This document shows positions 9,751 to 17,834 of a stretch of DNA of 64,000 nucleotides, piece by piece (the first letter of the stretch is position 1; the number at the start of each line of letters is the position of its first letter). The notes under the pieces were generated by a model. That model searched no databases. It had not been told where the DNA came from and saw only the letters and a list, made by a program, of their open reading frames with translations. A program made the translations under genes and the position numbers. The stretch spans positions 1-64,000 of the IMG/VR virus record IMGVR_UViG_3300042868_005134, one strand, 5' to 3'.

Positions 9751-9806
9751 AATTTTCTCCTTATATTAAGCAAGAATTTGTAGACCCTCGCGGCGTTCTA
9801 CAAATT
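9751..9806 (-). promoter_or_regulatory. ROSE-like RNA thermometer in dnaK 5' UTR
   Basis: AAUUUGUAGA...UCUACAAAUU hairpin, then UUCUUGCUUA-AUA-UAAGGAGAA SD-occluding hairpin; TAAATA at 9807-9812 just upstream. Confidence 0.7.
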
Positions 9807-9814
9807 TATTTATC

Positions 9815-10099
9815 TCAGATATTCTCTAAATTAAAGATATTGGACCATTTTTTTAGCTTGTCTATTTTAGCTAATTTTGCGGATTCTAAACTGTCTAAGT
9901 CCACAATCTGCATATCCACTAAAATGTCAATCATAGCCAATAAATCGCCAAGTTCTTCTTCTAAGTGTTGGCAATTAGTTTTAGGCTTGCCTGGCTTTAA
10001 ATTATCCAGTCCAAATCTATGACACTTGCTAACTGCTTGAATTACTTCCGCACATTCTTCTGAAAGAATGTTCATTGCTTCGCGTTCACGTTCGTTCAT
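9815..10099 (-). CDS. MazG-like nucleotide pyrophosphohydrolase
   Basis: LSEECAEVIQAVSK...LEEELGDLL acidic metal-binding motifs. Confidence 0.8.
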   Translation of the reverse strand: MNEREREAMNILSEECAEVIQAVSKCHRFGLDNLKPGKPKTNCQHLEEELGDLLAMIDILVDMQIVDLDSLESAKLAKIDKLKKWSNIFNLENI

Positions 10100-10101
10100 A
10101 A

Positions 10102-10686
10102 TTACCTTTGATTTGCAAATGGTGAAATCATTTTACCGTTGTACATTGTACTGCCGCGTAATTTTTGAAATATGTGTTGTACACCAACTGCTTGATTCCA
10201 AGCATCCTCTAGTGCGTGATGTTTTAGTACTGGTGGACGTTCTGGATCAATACCCAAGTCGAACAATGTGCGAGTATCGCGTACTTCCCAGAAACTCCAA
10301 GGAATTGCCCTGCCCACTTTTCTAAAAATGTGCTCGCACATCACAACGTCAAATGCGGACCCATGACTCCAAACACGTTTTGCGCCCCAACAAAATTTAT
10401 ACAGTTGAGCCATTGCTTCCACAATGTCAATTCTATCCGCTGGGTCGAATGCTTCGTCTTGTGCTTCTTTACTTTGCTGTGCCCACCAAGCAATAGTGTC
10501 GTCGTTGGTAACTAGCCCAATCCTATCGCAACTATCAAGGTCAACTCTACAGTAAAATTTTACACATTTAGGATCTGACAATTCGTCTCCAAACGGATCA
10601 AATTTTACTGCGCCTATTGTGAGAATGGAAGCATCTGGAGTAGTTGCCAATGTCTCTAAGTCAATCATAATGTCTGTTAGTGCCAT
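10102..10686 (-). CDS. DEDDh 3'-5' exonuclease (Rv2179c/ExoVIII-like)
   Basis: IMIDLETL, WSHGSAFD, RDTRT, HHALEDA. Confidence 0.85.
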   Translation of the reverse strand: MALTDIMIDLETLATTPDASILTIGAVKFDPFGDELSDPKCVKFYCRVDLDSCDRIGLVTNDDTIAWWAQQSKEAQDEAFDPADRIDIVEAMAQLYKFCWGAKRVWSHGSAFDVVMCEHIFRKVGRAIPWSFWEVRDTRTLFDLGIDPERPPVLKHHALEDAWNQAVGVQHIFQKLRGSTMYNGKMISPFANQR

Positions 10687-10712
10687 AAGTTCTTTCTTTA
10701 AAAGTAACTTAC

Positions 10713-10742
10713 ATTATAACAGACACTGTGCTGAAATGTCAA
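10713..10742 (-). promoter_or_regulatory. Sigma70-type promoter
   Basis: TTGACA-18 nt-TATAAT with TG extension, upstream of the exonuclease gene. Confidence 0.65.
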
Positions 10743-10981
10743 TACATTTTCTTAGGTAATTCTTGTTCTCTGAGCTTCTTGGCCCAACGACTTTTGGCTG
10801 CGGCAGCTTTGCGCTTGCGAGCAGTCGTTGGCTTTTCGTAGAACTCTTTCTTTTGAAGATCTTTTAGCTTGCCGCTATCTTCAATTTTATTTTTGAACTT
10901 TCTTAAAGCACGGCCGACATCGTCGCCATCTTTAAGAAACACTGTCGAGCCATATAATTTTACCACGTTATTTTCCTTCAT
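10739..10981 (-). CDS. rpsU: Phage-encoded ribosomal protein bS21
   Basis: DDVGRALRKFKNKIEDSGKLKDLQKKEFYEKPTTARKRKAAAAKSR; start revised to MKENN after GAGG. Confidence 0.9.
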   Translation of the reverse strand: MKENNVVKLYGSTVFLKDGDDVGRALRKFKNKIEDSGKLKDLQKKEFYEKPTTARKRKAAAAKSRWAKKLREQELPKKMY

Positions 10982-11396
10982 TGTCTTCCTCTTCTGAGTC
11001 TTCCTCGTCTTCTCCATTGGATTCTAAAATTTCCAATATCCAATCTAAATTATAGATTCTATTTCTACTAATTAAATTCCAGGGTGTTATTTCATCGCTG
11101 GTCATATAATAAGAATTGGGTTGCGCCAACATAAAGCTAACGAAGCTTTTTGTTATTTCGTCGCAGTTGTCAACATCAATGATAACAAAGTCTGCGTGTT
11201 GACTAGCATTTAACATCCAAGCAATGTCCGCTTCTTCTGTATCATAAACATACACATTGATATCATCGTCTACGGCACTTAACAAAGTTTGAAATTGCAT
11301 CTTCAACTTGGTGCTGGGTTTTACCAACAAGTAACCGGGGTTCAAATTAAATAAATTATCCGGCGGTGTTATTAGATTGATTTTTCCTAAGTTCAT
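10968..11396 (-). CDS. Hypothetical protein with acidic tail
   Basis: 142-aa ORF in operon context. Confidence 0.7.
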   Translation of the reverse strand: MNLGKINLITPPDNLFNLNPGYLLVKPSTKLKMQFQTLLSAVDDDINVYVYDTEEADIAWMLNASQHADFVIIDVDNCDEITKSFVSFMLAQPNSYYMTSDEITPWNLISRNRIYNLDWILEILESNGEDEEDSEEEDNEGK

Positions 11397-11697
11397 AAAT
11401 CCTACTTACAAATTGTTCAAGTTTTTCTGATGTATAATTATTAAATTTTGGTCCTTTTATATTCGTTTCTTCAACAAATTTACTCAATTCCAAATCTATA
11501 GTTTTGTCTACTACCAATGTTTCAAATACATTGTTACCATACAGCTTATATAGTTCATCCGCAGGTCTAAATCCTGTTCTATTGATTAGTTTTGACCACA
11601 AAGTATCATGTCCTTGTTCTTCATTTTGAACATATTCGGTTAATTTTTGATCTTGACTATCTGCTGTTCCCCTTGCTTGATCATGTAGCTCTTTTTT
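11356..11697 (-). CDS. Probable -1 frameshift extension of the upstream membrane protein
   Basis: Frame open from A_AAA_AAG (11697-11691): KELHDQARGTADSQDQKLTEYVQNEEQGHDTLWSKLIN...; only a weak TTG start at 11601. Confidence 0.55.
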   Translation of the reverse strand, partial: KKELHDQARGTADSQDQKLTEYVQNEEQGHDTLWSKLINRTGFRPADELYKLYGNNVFETLVVDKTIDLELSKFVEETNIKGPKFNNYTSEKLEQFVSRIYELRKNQSNNTAG

Positions 11698-12779
11698 TTT
11701 GATTCTTCTTCTAACTCAGGTAGTATTTGGTATGTTGGTTCATCAACTTTAACTTCCGAGCTATCAACTGTAGTAGGTGTTATATCTTCATAATTTGCTA
11801 AAAATTCAAAATCGTCTTCTTTCTTTTCAACTTTTGGTTTATGAACCATAGGTTTTAGATCTTTGAAATGACTAAATGGTTCATGAAGATAGGCATGTTT
11901 GCTGATATCAAATTCAGATTTTATTTCCTCAACAGGAGGCTTACTCATTTCTTTTAACTGTTCGATTTGCTCGTCAGTTAACGGACCGTCATCGGGTTCG
12001 TAAGCGGGCGCAAGTTGTTCTTTTTGTTGCCTCAACCAACCAAATGTCATCTGTGCGGCTAGCAACATGATAACTGCCAATGGATCGAACACAATAACAA
12101 TTAAAATAATTACCCAAGTGACTGCTTTTTCTAATAATCCTTCGTTGGTCTCACCATAGATGAAGGCGGCAATGTATTTGATAGGTCCTACTTCTGCTTC
12201 GACCTTGCGTACTTCTGCGCGAATAGGTGCGGCTTCGTCATTAAGTTTAGCAATAAGCTTCTGGTTGGTTTCAATGTCTTTGGCCAACGCACTGCGATCA
12301 CGAGACTGAGCCTTGCGTATTGAAACCGCTTTGTCCGCACCTTTTTCATCTGAACTGCGGCCCATGACTTGGTCAACTGCCTCATCCATTTGTTTGAGTT
12401 GCTTGCGGTTGGTTTCAATATTTTCTCGTGCTGTTTTAATTTTTTCATCATAGATAGCAATCTTGCTTTGAACATCACCGCTTACTAAGTTTTGATCATT
12501 GTGTGCTTTAGAGAGGAATCCAAAAATGCCCATACTGGTGATTAGCATGAGAATAGCCACAGCGGATATCATGTAATACTTCATGTAAGCAGGAGCACGT
12601 TCCCAATTGGCTTTTAACCAGCTGGCGCATACTAGTTTACCTACTTCAAGTGCTGACCCCATGACAATGATAGGAATCACTGCCGCTGAAAAGATAGCGG
12701 TCAAACCTATTACCGAATAATAGATTGCGACCGCTGAAATGGTGAGACCAGTAAGTAATAATAACCAAGCAAGAATCAT
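11640..12779 (-). CDS. Multi-pass membrane protein with coiled coil
   Basis: Three N-terminal hydrophobic segments, long coiled coil, further TM (VIILIVIVFDPLAVIMLLA), acidic tail. Confidence 0.8.
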   Translation of the reverse strand: MILAWLLLLTGLTISAVAIYYSVIGLTAIFSAAVIPIIVMGSALEVGKLVCASWLKANWERAPAYMKYYMISAVAILMLITSMGIFGFLSKAHNDQNLVSGDVQSKIAIYDEKIKTARENIETNRKQLKQMDEAVDQVMGRSSDEKGADKAVSIRKAQSRDRSALAKDIETNQKLIAKLNDEAAPIRAEVRKVEAEVGPIKYIAAFIYGETNEGLLEKAVTWVIILIVIVFDPLAVIMLLAAQMTFGWLRQQKEQLAPAYEPDDGPLTDEQIEQLKEMSKPPVEEIKSEFDISKHAYLHEPFSHFKDLKPMVHKPKVEKKEDDFEFLANYEDITPTTVDSSEVKVDEPTYQILPELEEESKKKSYMIKQGEQQIVKIKN

Positions 12780-12782
12780 GTA

Positions 12783-13394
12783 TTACAATTCAGTGCCGTT
12801 GATTGCAGCAACAGATATGTCATCATAAACGTCACCATCTGTGTCTGGACGATTGATTGTTATGCTTGGTTGATAGCCATTAGTGTTGGCAAATGAATAC
12901 GTATTATGTGTACGAGTATATCCAGCTGTGCCGCCACGTTGAACACCCTGACCCACTAGATAACGTATTGCTTTTGCTGTATTATCAATAGTAACTGCAA
13001 CACCTGTGGTAGGAGCAAATGTTGTAGCAATTTTTTGAACTGCGCCTAGTACAAAATCGTCTCTATCGTATTTTACACTAAACGCAATGGCAGTAGGAAT
13101 ATTGTTGGCATCTGTGAGACCCGCACTGGTTACTTCCACATCGAGAATTTGAGCATCAGAATGTTTAGTAAGCTCTTCGAGAATGGCTTGCCAACGCATG
13201 TTGCCGCGACTTAGTCTTTGACCATTAGCATCGCTACTGGGCAATGTTGTATAGCTGTCCCAGTTGTATGGGTTCACAGCGCCGTTTGCTGGGCTGGCTG
13301 CTGTCCAAGTGGCAGTGCCGCCACTCATTGTGATTACCACACGATAAAAATCTGGTGATAGTTGGTTTATGTCTTGTTGAAATCCTGAGGCCAT
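12783..13394 (-). CDS. Hypothetical, probably virion protein
   Basis: 203 aa, Thr/Ala/Gly/Asn-rich; TAAATA at 13419-13424 and GGA SD. Confidence 0.65.
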   Translation of the reverse strand: MASGFQQDINQLSPDFYRVVITMSGGTATWTAASPANGAVNPYNWDSYTTLPSSDANGQRLSRGNMRWQAILEELTKHSDAQILDVEVTSAGLTDANNIPTAIAFSVKYDRDDFVLGAVQKIATTFAPTTGVAVTIDNTAKAIRYLVGQGVQRGGTAGYTRTHNTYSFANTNGYQPSITINRPDTDGDVYDDISVAAINGTEL

Positions 13395-13414
13395 TTTGAG
13401 CTTCCTATTTTATT

Positions 13415-13813
13415 CTAGTATTTATCAATGAAAGTCCAAGTCTGTCTATTATTGTCCAAACAGGCAGTGTCCTGAAACGATCTGTACGACGAATTTATAC
13501 GTACATAACTATAAATCCGTCTACATACACCTGCGCCGCCAGGCCAAGTGTAGGCAATTTTTACTTGACCAGCTGTATCAGCTTGATCATTGTGCCAAGA
13601 GACTAGCTCTCCATTGTCTAAGTTATTTAACGCATGATACACAGAAGTTCTATGAGTATGTATATCTGTTTTAGACAATGAGTTGCCGAACCAACGATCC
13701 GCCAATGTGGCAATCACATTGGAAGTTTCAAAAGCAGGGCTTTGTGCGTTGGCTGTGTTAAGGGCTAACAGTAGGCACAATTTCCCAAGTACCATCCCAT
13801 TTTTTACACGCAT
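13415..13813 (-). CDS. 17-kDa surface antigen-like (RT0821/Lpp0805) exported protein
   Basis: ALNNLDNGELVSWHN...VCRRIY...TACLD...WTF pattern; start uncertain. Confidence 0.65.
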   Translation of the reverse strand: MRVKNGMVLGKLCLLLALNTANAQSPAFETSNVIATLADRWFGNSLSKTDIHTHRTSVYHALNNLDNGELVSWHNDQADTAGQVKIAYTWPGGAGVCRRIYSYVRINSSYRSFQDTACLDNNRQTWTFIDKY

Positions 13814-14075
13814 AATTACGCCTTTCAACTGGTTTACCATTTAAGTTCATTACATACCTGTACTCGCCGCAATCGCTGGCAATGCCGGTACGCTTCATTA
13901 CTACACGTTCGATTGGATCATCTGAACAGCTAACTATAGTTTTACTGGCAACAGATGCCCCGTTGTCAACTTCAATAGTTTTACTAGTATGACAGAATTG
14001 ACTTACTTGTTTGGGCGGTGTGCTACCGCATCCAGATAAACCAATTGCTGCCATTAATACAATTAGATATTTCAC
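13758..14075 (-). CDS. Lipoprotein
   Basis: Lipobox LSGC; C-terminal CGEY...ACKKWDGTWEIV resembles a surface-antigen end. Confidence 0.7.
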   Translation of the reverse strand: MKYLIVLMAAIGLSGCGSTPPKQVSQFCHTSKTIEVDNGASVASKTIVSCSDDPIERVVMKRTGIASDCGEYRYVMNLNGKPVERRNYACKKWDGTWEIVPTVSP

Positions 14076-14545
14076 TGCTTTTTGACCTTGGATTCAGCAA
14101 TCAATTGATCAAAGATTGCTTTGGGCATTTCCAAACGCACAAACGTATGATGCTTCCCGTTCATGGTAAAGTGTGCGGTTTCTGTACGGAGGTGCTCGCG
14201 TATGGTAGTATCCTTTACCACATAGGAAATCTTAGTGTACGTACTCTTTCGGTCGTTGTCGAATTTAATTTCGGTAACTGAGTTTACTTCACTGTTAATT
14301 CGTTTGGCAAAGTTGTTCATGGCGATGGCATACATCTGCTCTTCAGCGGCCTGTGCGTAAGTGCTTTCGCCGCCACCGCAGGCATTGGCAAATTCTTTCT
14401 TCCACCAGAAGTAGCCTTTAACTGAACTTTGCTGACAGTCTTGATACCAATCAGGTACTGCGTAGGACTTGCGTTCTTCAACAGTTTTCATGCCTGAACA
14501 GGCAGTGAGTGCCGCAACGATAGGTACTAGGATAAGTTTTTTCAT
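14072..14545 (-). CDS. Lipoprotein (LPP20-like)
   Basis: Lipobox LTAC; VPDWY motif. Confidence 0.65.
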   Translation of the reverse strand: MKKLILVPIVAALTACSGMKTVEERKSYAVPDWYQDCQQSSVKGYFWWKKEFANACGGGESTYAQAAEEQMYAIAMNNFAKRINSEVNSVTEIKFDNDRKSTYTKISYVVKDTTIREHLRTETAHFTMNGKHHTFVRLEMPKAIFDQLIAESKVKKQ

Positions 14546-14667
14546 TTTGCCATCTCCTGACTTTGCGTTTTAATTGTGTCAACGCCTCTATCGAACATTT
14601 TAGCGATGCCGCTAAAGCCCACGGTGGCGAGCACCATTCCAAAAACAATACAAATAATGTATTTCAT
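14542..14667 (-). CDS. Small membrane protein (41 aa)
   Basis: MKYIICIVFGMVLATVGFSGIAK; SD AAGG; ATGA overlap with next gene. Confidence 0.6.
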   Translation of the reverse strand: MKYIICIVFGMVLATVGFSGIAKMFDRGVDTIKTQSQEMAK

Positions 14668-14710
14668 ACTAACCTTTCTGTGTGTGTAAAAATAAAGCCT
14701 CTGAGTACAT

Positions 14711-14739
14711 AGTATACTACAAAGGCTTGGTGTGGTCAA
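14711..14739 (-). promoter_or_regulatory. Sigma70-type promoter for lipoprotein operon
   Basis: TTGACC-17 nt-TATACT. Confidence 0.6.
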
Positions 14740-14748
14740 GTCTTTTGG

Positions 14749-15051
14749 TTATTTAAAAAATATCAAAACCATCAAGACTGATTGGATAATAAATCCAACT
14801 CCAATTGTGATAATATTCAGCATGTCTTTTTGAACTGCGGCTTTGACAAACAATAGAGTCAGTCCCGTCCATGCTAATAGAATCAAATCAGCACCTGGCA
14901 TCTTGTCTGTTAGTCCAGTCATTACAGCCAGCAAGCTGGGAATGGTTGCGGCATGAATGGCAATAACAGCCAACCATCCTAATGTTTCTGCTGACACATG
15001 AGCAAACTTTTCACGAACGAATGTGCTAACTTTTTCAATATCGAAATCCAT
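14749..15051 (-). CDS. Small three-TM membrane protein
   Basis: Three hydrophobic segments; directly downstream of cell-wall hydrolase. Confidence 0.65.
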   Translation of the reverse strand: MDFDIEKVSTFVREKFAHVSAETLGWLAVIAIHAATIPSLLAVMTGLTDKMPGADLILLAWTGLTLLFVKAAVQKDMLNIITIGVGFIIQSVLMVLIFFK

Positions 15052-15053
15052 GA

Positions 15054-15593
15054 TTATTCCTTATAAAAGATGTGACGACCAATTTTACCAACTACGGGTT
15101 TACCCCAGCCTGGATTAACGTAGTCGGCATGAAAGTACATGGCCTTCTTCATTGTGTCCAAACGGAATCCTTCTAATAGAACTTTTTTGGCAACTTCATA
15201 ACTTTCATTATACATTGCTGTGTTCTTAATAATTGCTTTGCCGCCATTTTGGCAGTACCAACTAAATTGGCACACAACCTTTTCCATGAATATATTTTTT
15301 TGGTAGACAACTCCGCAAATATCTTTTGGGAATCTACCACTTTCACTTCTGTTTATGGTTACTTGTGCCACAGCCACTTTACCCTCAAAAGGTTCGCCGC
15401 CTGCTTCGTGATACACATTTTTAGCTAGGCAATCTAGCTGGCGTTCTCTGTCTTTGGCTGTTATGATTTCTGTAGAAGCCATGGCTTCTTTATCTTCCAA
15501 ATACGAGAATTTTCGCATTGTCACGGTTTGTATCAAACTTGCTATAAGCATGAAGCTGATAACAAAGATACCGAATCGTATCATTTTTTCCAT
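15054..15593 (-). CDS. SleB/Hydrolase_2 family cell wall hydrolase with N-terminal membrane anchor
   Basis: CLAKNVYHEAGGEP..GKVAVAQVTINR, CGVVYQ, CQFSW, YFHADYVNPGW, IGRHIFY; start revised to MEKM after AAGGAG. Confidence 0.9.
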   Translation of the reverse strand: MEKMIRFGIFVISFMLIASLIQTVTMRKFSYLEDKEAMASTEIITAKDRERQLDCLAKNVYHEAGGEPFEGKVAVAQVTINRSESGRFPKDICGVVYQKNIFMEKVVCQFSWYCQNGGKAIIKNTAMYNESYEVAKKVLLEGFRLDTMKKAMYFHADYVNPGWGKPVVGKIGRHIFYKE

Positions 15594-15636
15594 ATATTTC
15601 TCCTTGAGTAAGTAGTTATCCTCGGCAGATGCCAAG

Positions 15637-16032
15637 TTATCTACGCATTTTGCTAATGTCAATAGCTTCTTCGTCACTAAACACCGGCACCGCATTGCTC
15701 TTATGCATGGTTGCGATACCTTTTACCTTAGTCCCAGTATAGACATTTGGTGTTTTTAGGGTTGCGTTACCGCCAGTATCTACACTTTTGAGATGTGCGG
15801 TAGTGTTGCGGCCTGCTGGTATGGTCAACGAGTAATTGCCACTTAGTGGTTCAGCGGCTAGTGCTCGTTTGCGTTTCTTTTCTTCTAGTTCAACGCCCCA
15901 GCGTTTTTGAAGTTCTTTCCAATCTTTATCCAATTGTTCGCTTTTCCGTTTTGCTTCTGCGCTGGCAAATTTTACTTTGCCTTTCTTCTTGCCACTGGTA
16001 CTGAGCCACGGGCCTTCTAAATGCATTGTCAT
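15637..16032 (-). CDS. Conserved basic phage hypothetical protein
   Basis: C-terminal YTGTKVKGIATMHKSNAVPVF...DISKMRR motif seen in T4-like phages. Confidence 0.7.
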   Translation of the reverse strand: MTMHLEGPWLSTSGKKKGKVKFASAEAKRKSEQLDKDWKELQKRWGVELEEKKRKRALAAEPLSGNYSLTIPAGRNTTAHLKSVDTGGNATLKTPNVYTGTKVKGIATMHKSNAVPVFSDEEAIDISKMRR

Positions 16033-16062
16033 ATTCGTTACCAAAAGTTAAACATAGTCTAT

Positions 16063-16091
16063 AGTATACTACATATAGACAACAGTGTCAA
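16063..16091 (-). promoter_or_regulatory. Sigma70-type promoter
   Basis: TTGACA-17 nt-TATACT. Confidence 0.65.
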
Positions 16092-16101
16092 CTAAATTGG
16101 T

Positions 16102-16428
16102 TTAGATTCTAAATGACTCGCCGCAACCGCAACGATCCTTTTCATTTGGATTGACAAAGTCAAATCCTTCATTGAGCCCATTACGAACCCAATCCATAGT
16201 CAAACCATTTAGATATACTATACTTTTGGCATCTACCAATACCACAAAGTCAGTTTGGGCATAGTTAGTAACACCTGCTTCGGCTGTGTATTCGTCTACA
16301 TATTCTAACACATAGGCTAGTCCACTACATCCAGTAGTCTTTACACCAATACGAATGCCCACACCCTTGCCACGCTTTTCCAGATTTTGTTTAATCCGTT
16401 TACTTGCTGTGTCGGTTACGGTAATCAT
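16102..16428 (-). CDS. iscA: Fe-S cluster A-type carrier IscA
   Basis: GVKTTGCSGLAY and NPNEKDRCGCGESF. Confidence 0.93.
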   Translation of the reverse strand: MITVTDTASKRIKQNLEKRGKGVGIRIGVKTTGCSGLAYVLEYVDEYTAEAGVTNYAQTDFVVLVDAKSIVYLNGLTMDWVRNGLNEGFDFVNPNEKDRCGCGESFRI

Positions 16429-16783
16429 TTACGGCCGCTTTGATAGCATCTTCTGCTAGGATACTACAGTGTATCTTAACTGGGGGTAAGGCTAGTTCTT
16501 CAGCAATTTCCGAATTACTAAGTTTGATAGCATCATCAAGATGCATTCCTTTAACCATCTCGGTGACAAGACTTGAGCTGGCGATTGCTGAACCACATCC
16601 ATATGTCTTGAAACGAGCATCTCTAATAATGCCATCACTGTCAACCTTTATCTGTAATTTCATTACGTCGCCGCAAGCAGGTGCACCAACCATACCAGTA
16701 CCAATATCAGGATCACTCTTGTCAAAAGATCCGACATTCCGGGGATTTTCATAGTGATCAATCACCTTTTCTGAATAAGCCAT
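16400..16783 (-). CDS. iscU: Fe-S cluster scaffold IscU
   Basis: YSEKVIDHYENPRNVG, APACGDVM, YGCGSAIAS, LPPVKIHCS. Confidence 0.96.
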   Translation of the reverse strand: MAYSEKVIDHYENPRNVGSFDKSDPDIGTGMVGAPACGDVMKLQIKVDSDGIIRDARFKTYGCGSAIASSSLVTEMVKGMHLDDAIKLSNSEIAEELALPPVKIHCSILAEDAIKAAVNDYRNRHSK

Positions 16784-16815
16784 ACTACCTCCTATTGGAT
16801 ATTGTATTTATGCTA

Positions 16816-17007
16816 TTATTTTGGTTCTTTACGTGCGTTCTTAACTGCGGTAACATCATTGCGTGTTTCTTTACACAGCTTGGCTAGCTCTTGTAAATGC
16901 TTACGAACTCTAGTACCTGCGGCACCGACTTCTTTATCGTAAAACTTTTCGAAATCGCTTTCCATTGCTTCTACGATTGCTGTGAACTCTGAATATTTGT
17001 TTGACAT
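16816..17007 (-). CDS. Histone H1-like Hc1 family protein
   Basis: DFEKFYDKEVGAAGTRVRKHLQELAKLCKETR pattern. Confidence 0.7.
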   Translation of the reverse strand: MSNKYSEFTAIVEAMESDFEKFYDKEVGAAGTRVRKHLQELAKLCKETRNDVTAVKNARKEPK

Positions 17008-17031
17008 ATTAGTCTCCTTGTTTAATAGTTA

Positions 17032-17223
17032 TTACCAGTGCTTAATTGTGTTGGCAATTATGAAACAACAGGTAACGGTGTGTATTATAACCCAAAATGT
17101 TTTTAGGAATAATGCGATGCGGGCTTCACGTAGAGTCAAAATTGGAATATCTGGACGATCCTCGTCCGTTTGACCCATTAAGTGACCCGTTGCTCTTGCC
17201 CAAATTTTTTCTAAACTGTTCAT
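17032..17223 (-). CDS. Small membrane hypothetical protein
   Basis: C-terminal TM (FWVIIHTVTCCFIIANTIKHW). Confidence 0.6.
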   Translation of the reverse strand: MNSLEKIWARATGHLMGQTDEDRPDIPILTLREARIALFLKTFWVIIHTVTCCFIIANTIKHW

Positions 17224-17798
17224 CGAGTGACCAATTCGTGGATTTCTTTCCAGTTTTTCACAATGCGATATTTTGTATTTTTATGCTCCATGTTGTGACC
17301 GTGTTCCATCAGATAACTACGTAGTCCCAAGTTGGCGCCTACAAGTGCGTTATCAACTTTGTCTTCTATCCAAATGTAGCCTGAGCCTTTGTACTCTGCC
17401 AGTGCCTCATCTTTGTCAGCACCAGTATCTAAAAACACAAAACGATCAAAGGCTGTGTTGCCAAACAACTTTCGCAAATTCATTTTGCGAAGTTCTTGTG
17501 CGTTTTCATCTTTGCTTAGGCTAGTGATACAATGGAACACATATCCATGTTCTTCATGTAGTCGTTTAACATAGTACATGGCATCTCTTAGAGCAGGCAA
17601 GAAGCCAATGGCTGCTGATTCGTTAAAGACTTTGATTAGTTTTTTGCCCTGCTCCATGTCAATACCATAGCGTTTGCCAATATTGTATTTGAGAGGTTCT
17701 TGGAGTGTGAAGCCGTGTTGCTCCATCCATACATTGAAAGCATATTCCCAATCGAGAAGTACGCCATCTGCATCAGTGAGTATGATCTTATTTTTCAT
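17220..17798 (-). CDS. HAD-superfamily phosphatase (T4 30.2-like / 5'-nucleotidase-like)
   Basis: ILTDADGVLLDW motif I; WIEDKVDN motif IV. Confidence 0.8.
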   Translation of the reverse strand: MKNKIILTDADGVLLDWEYAFNVWMEQHGFTLQEPLKYNIGKRYGIDMEQGKKLIKVFNESAAIGFLPALRDAMYYVKRLHEEHGYVFHCITSLSKDENAQELRKMNLRKLFGNTAFDRFVFLDTGADKDEALAEYKGSGYIWIEDKVDNALVGANLGLRSYLMEHGHNMEHKNTKYRIVKNWKEIHELVTR

Positions 17799-17804
17799 AC
17801 TCTA

Positions 17805-17833
17805 ACTATAACAGAATTTTGTTTGTAGGTCAA
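17805..17833 (-). promoter_or_regulatory. Sigma70-type promoter, probably giving a leaderless mRNA
   Basis: TTGACC-17 nt-TATAGT; ATG 6 nt downstream. Confidence 0.55.
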
Positions 17834-17834
17834 A

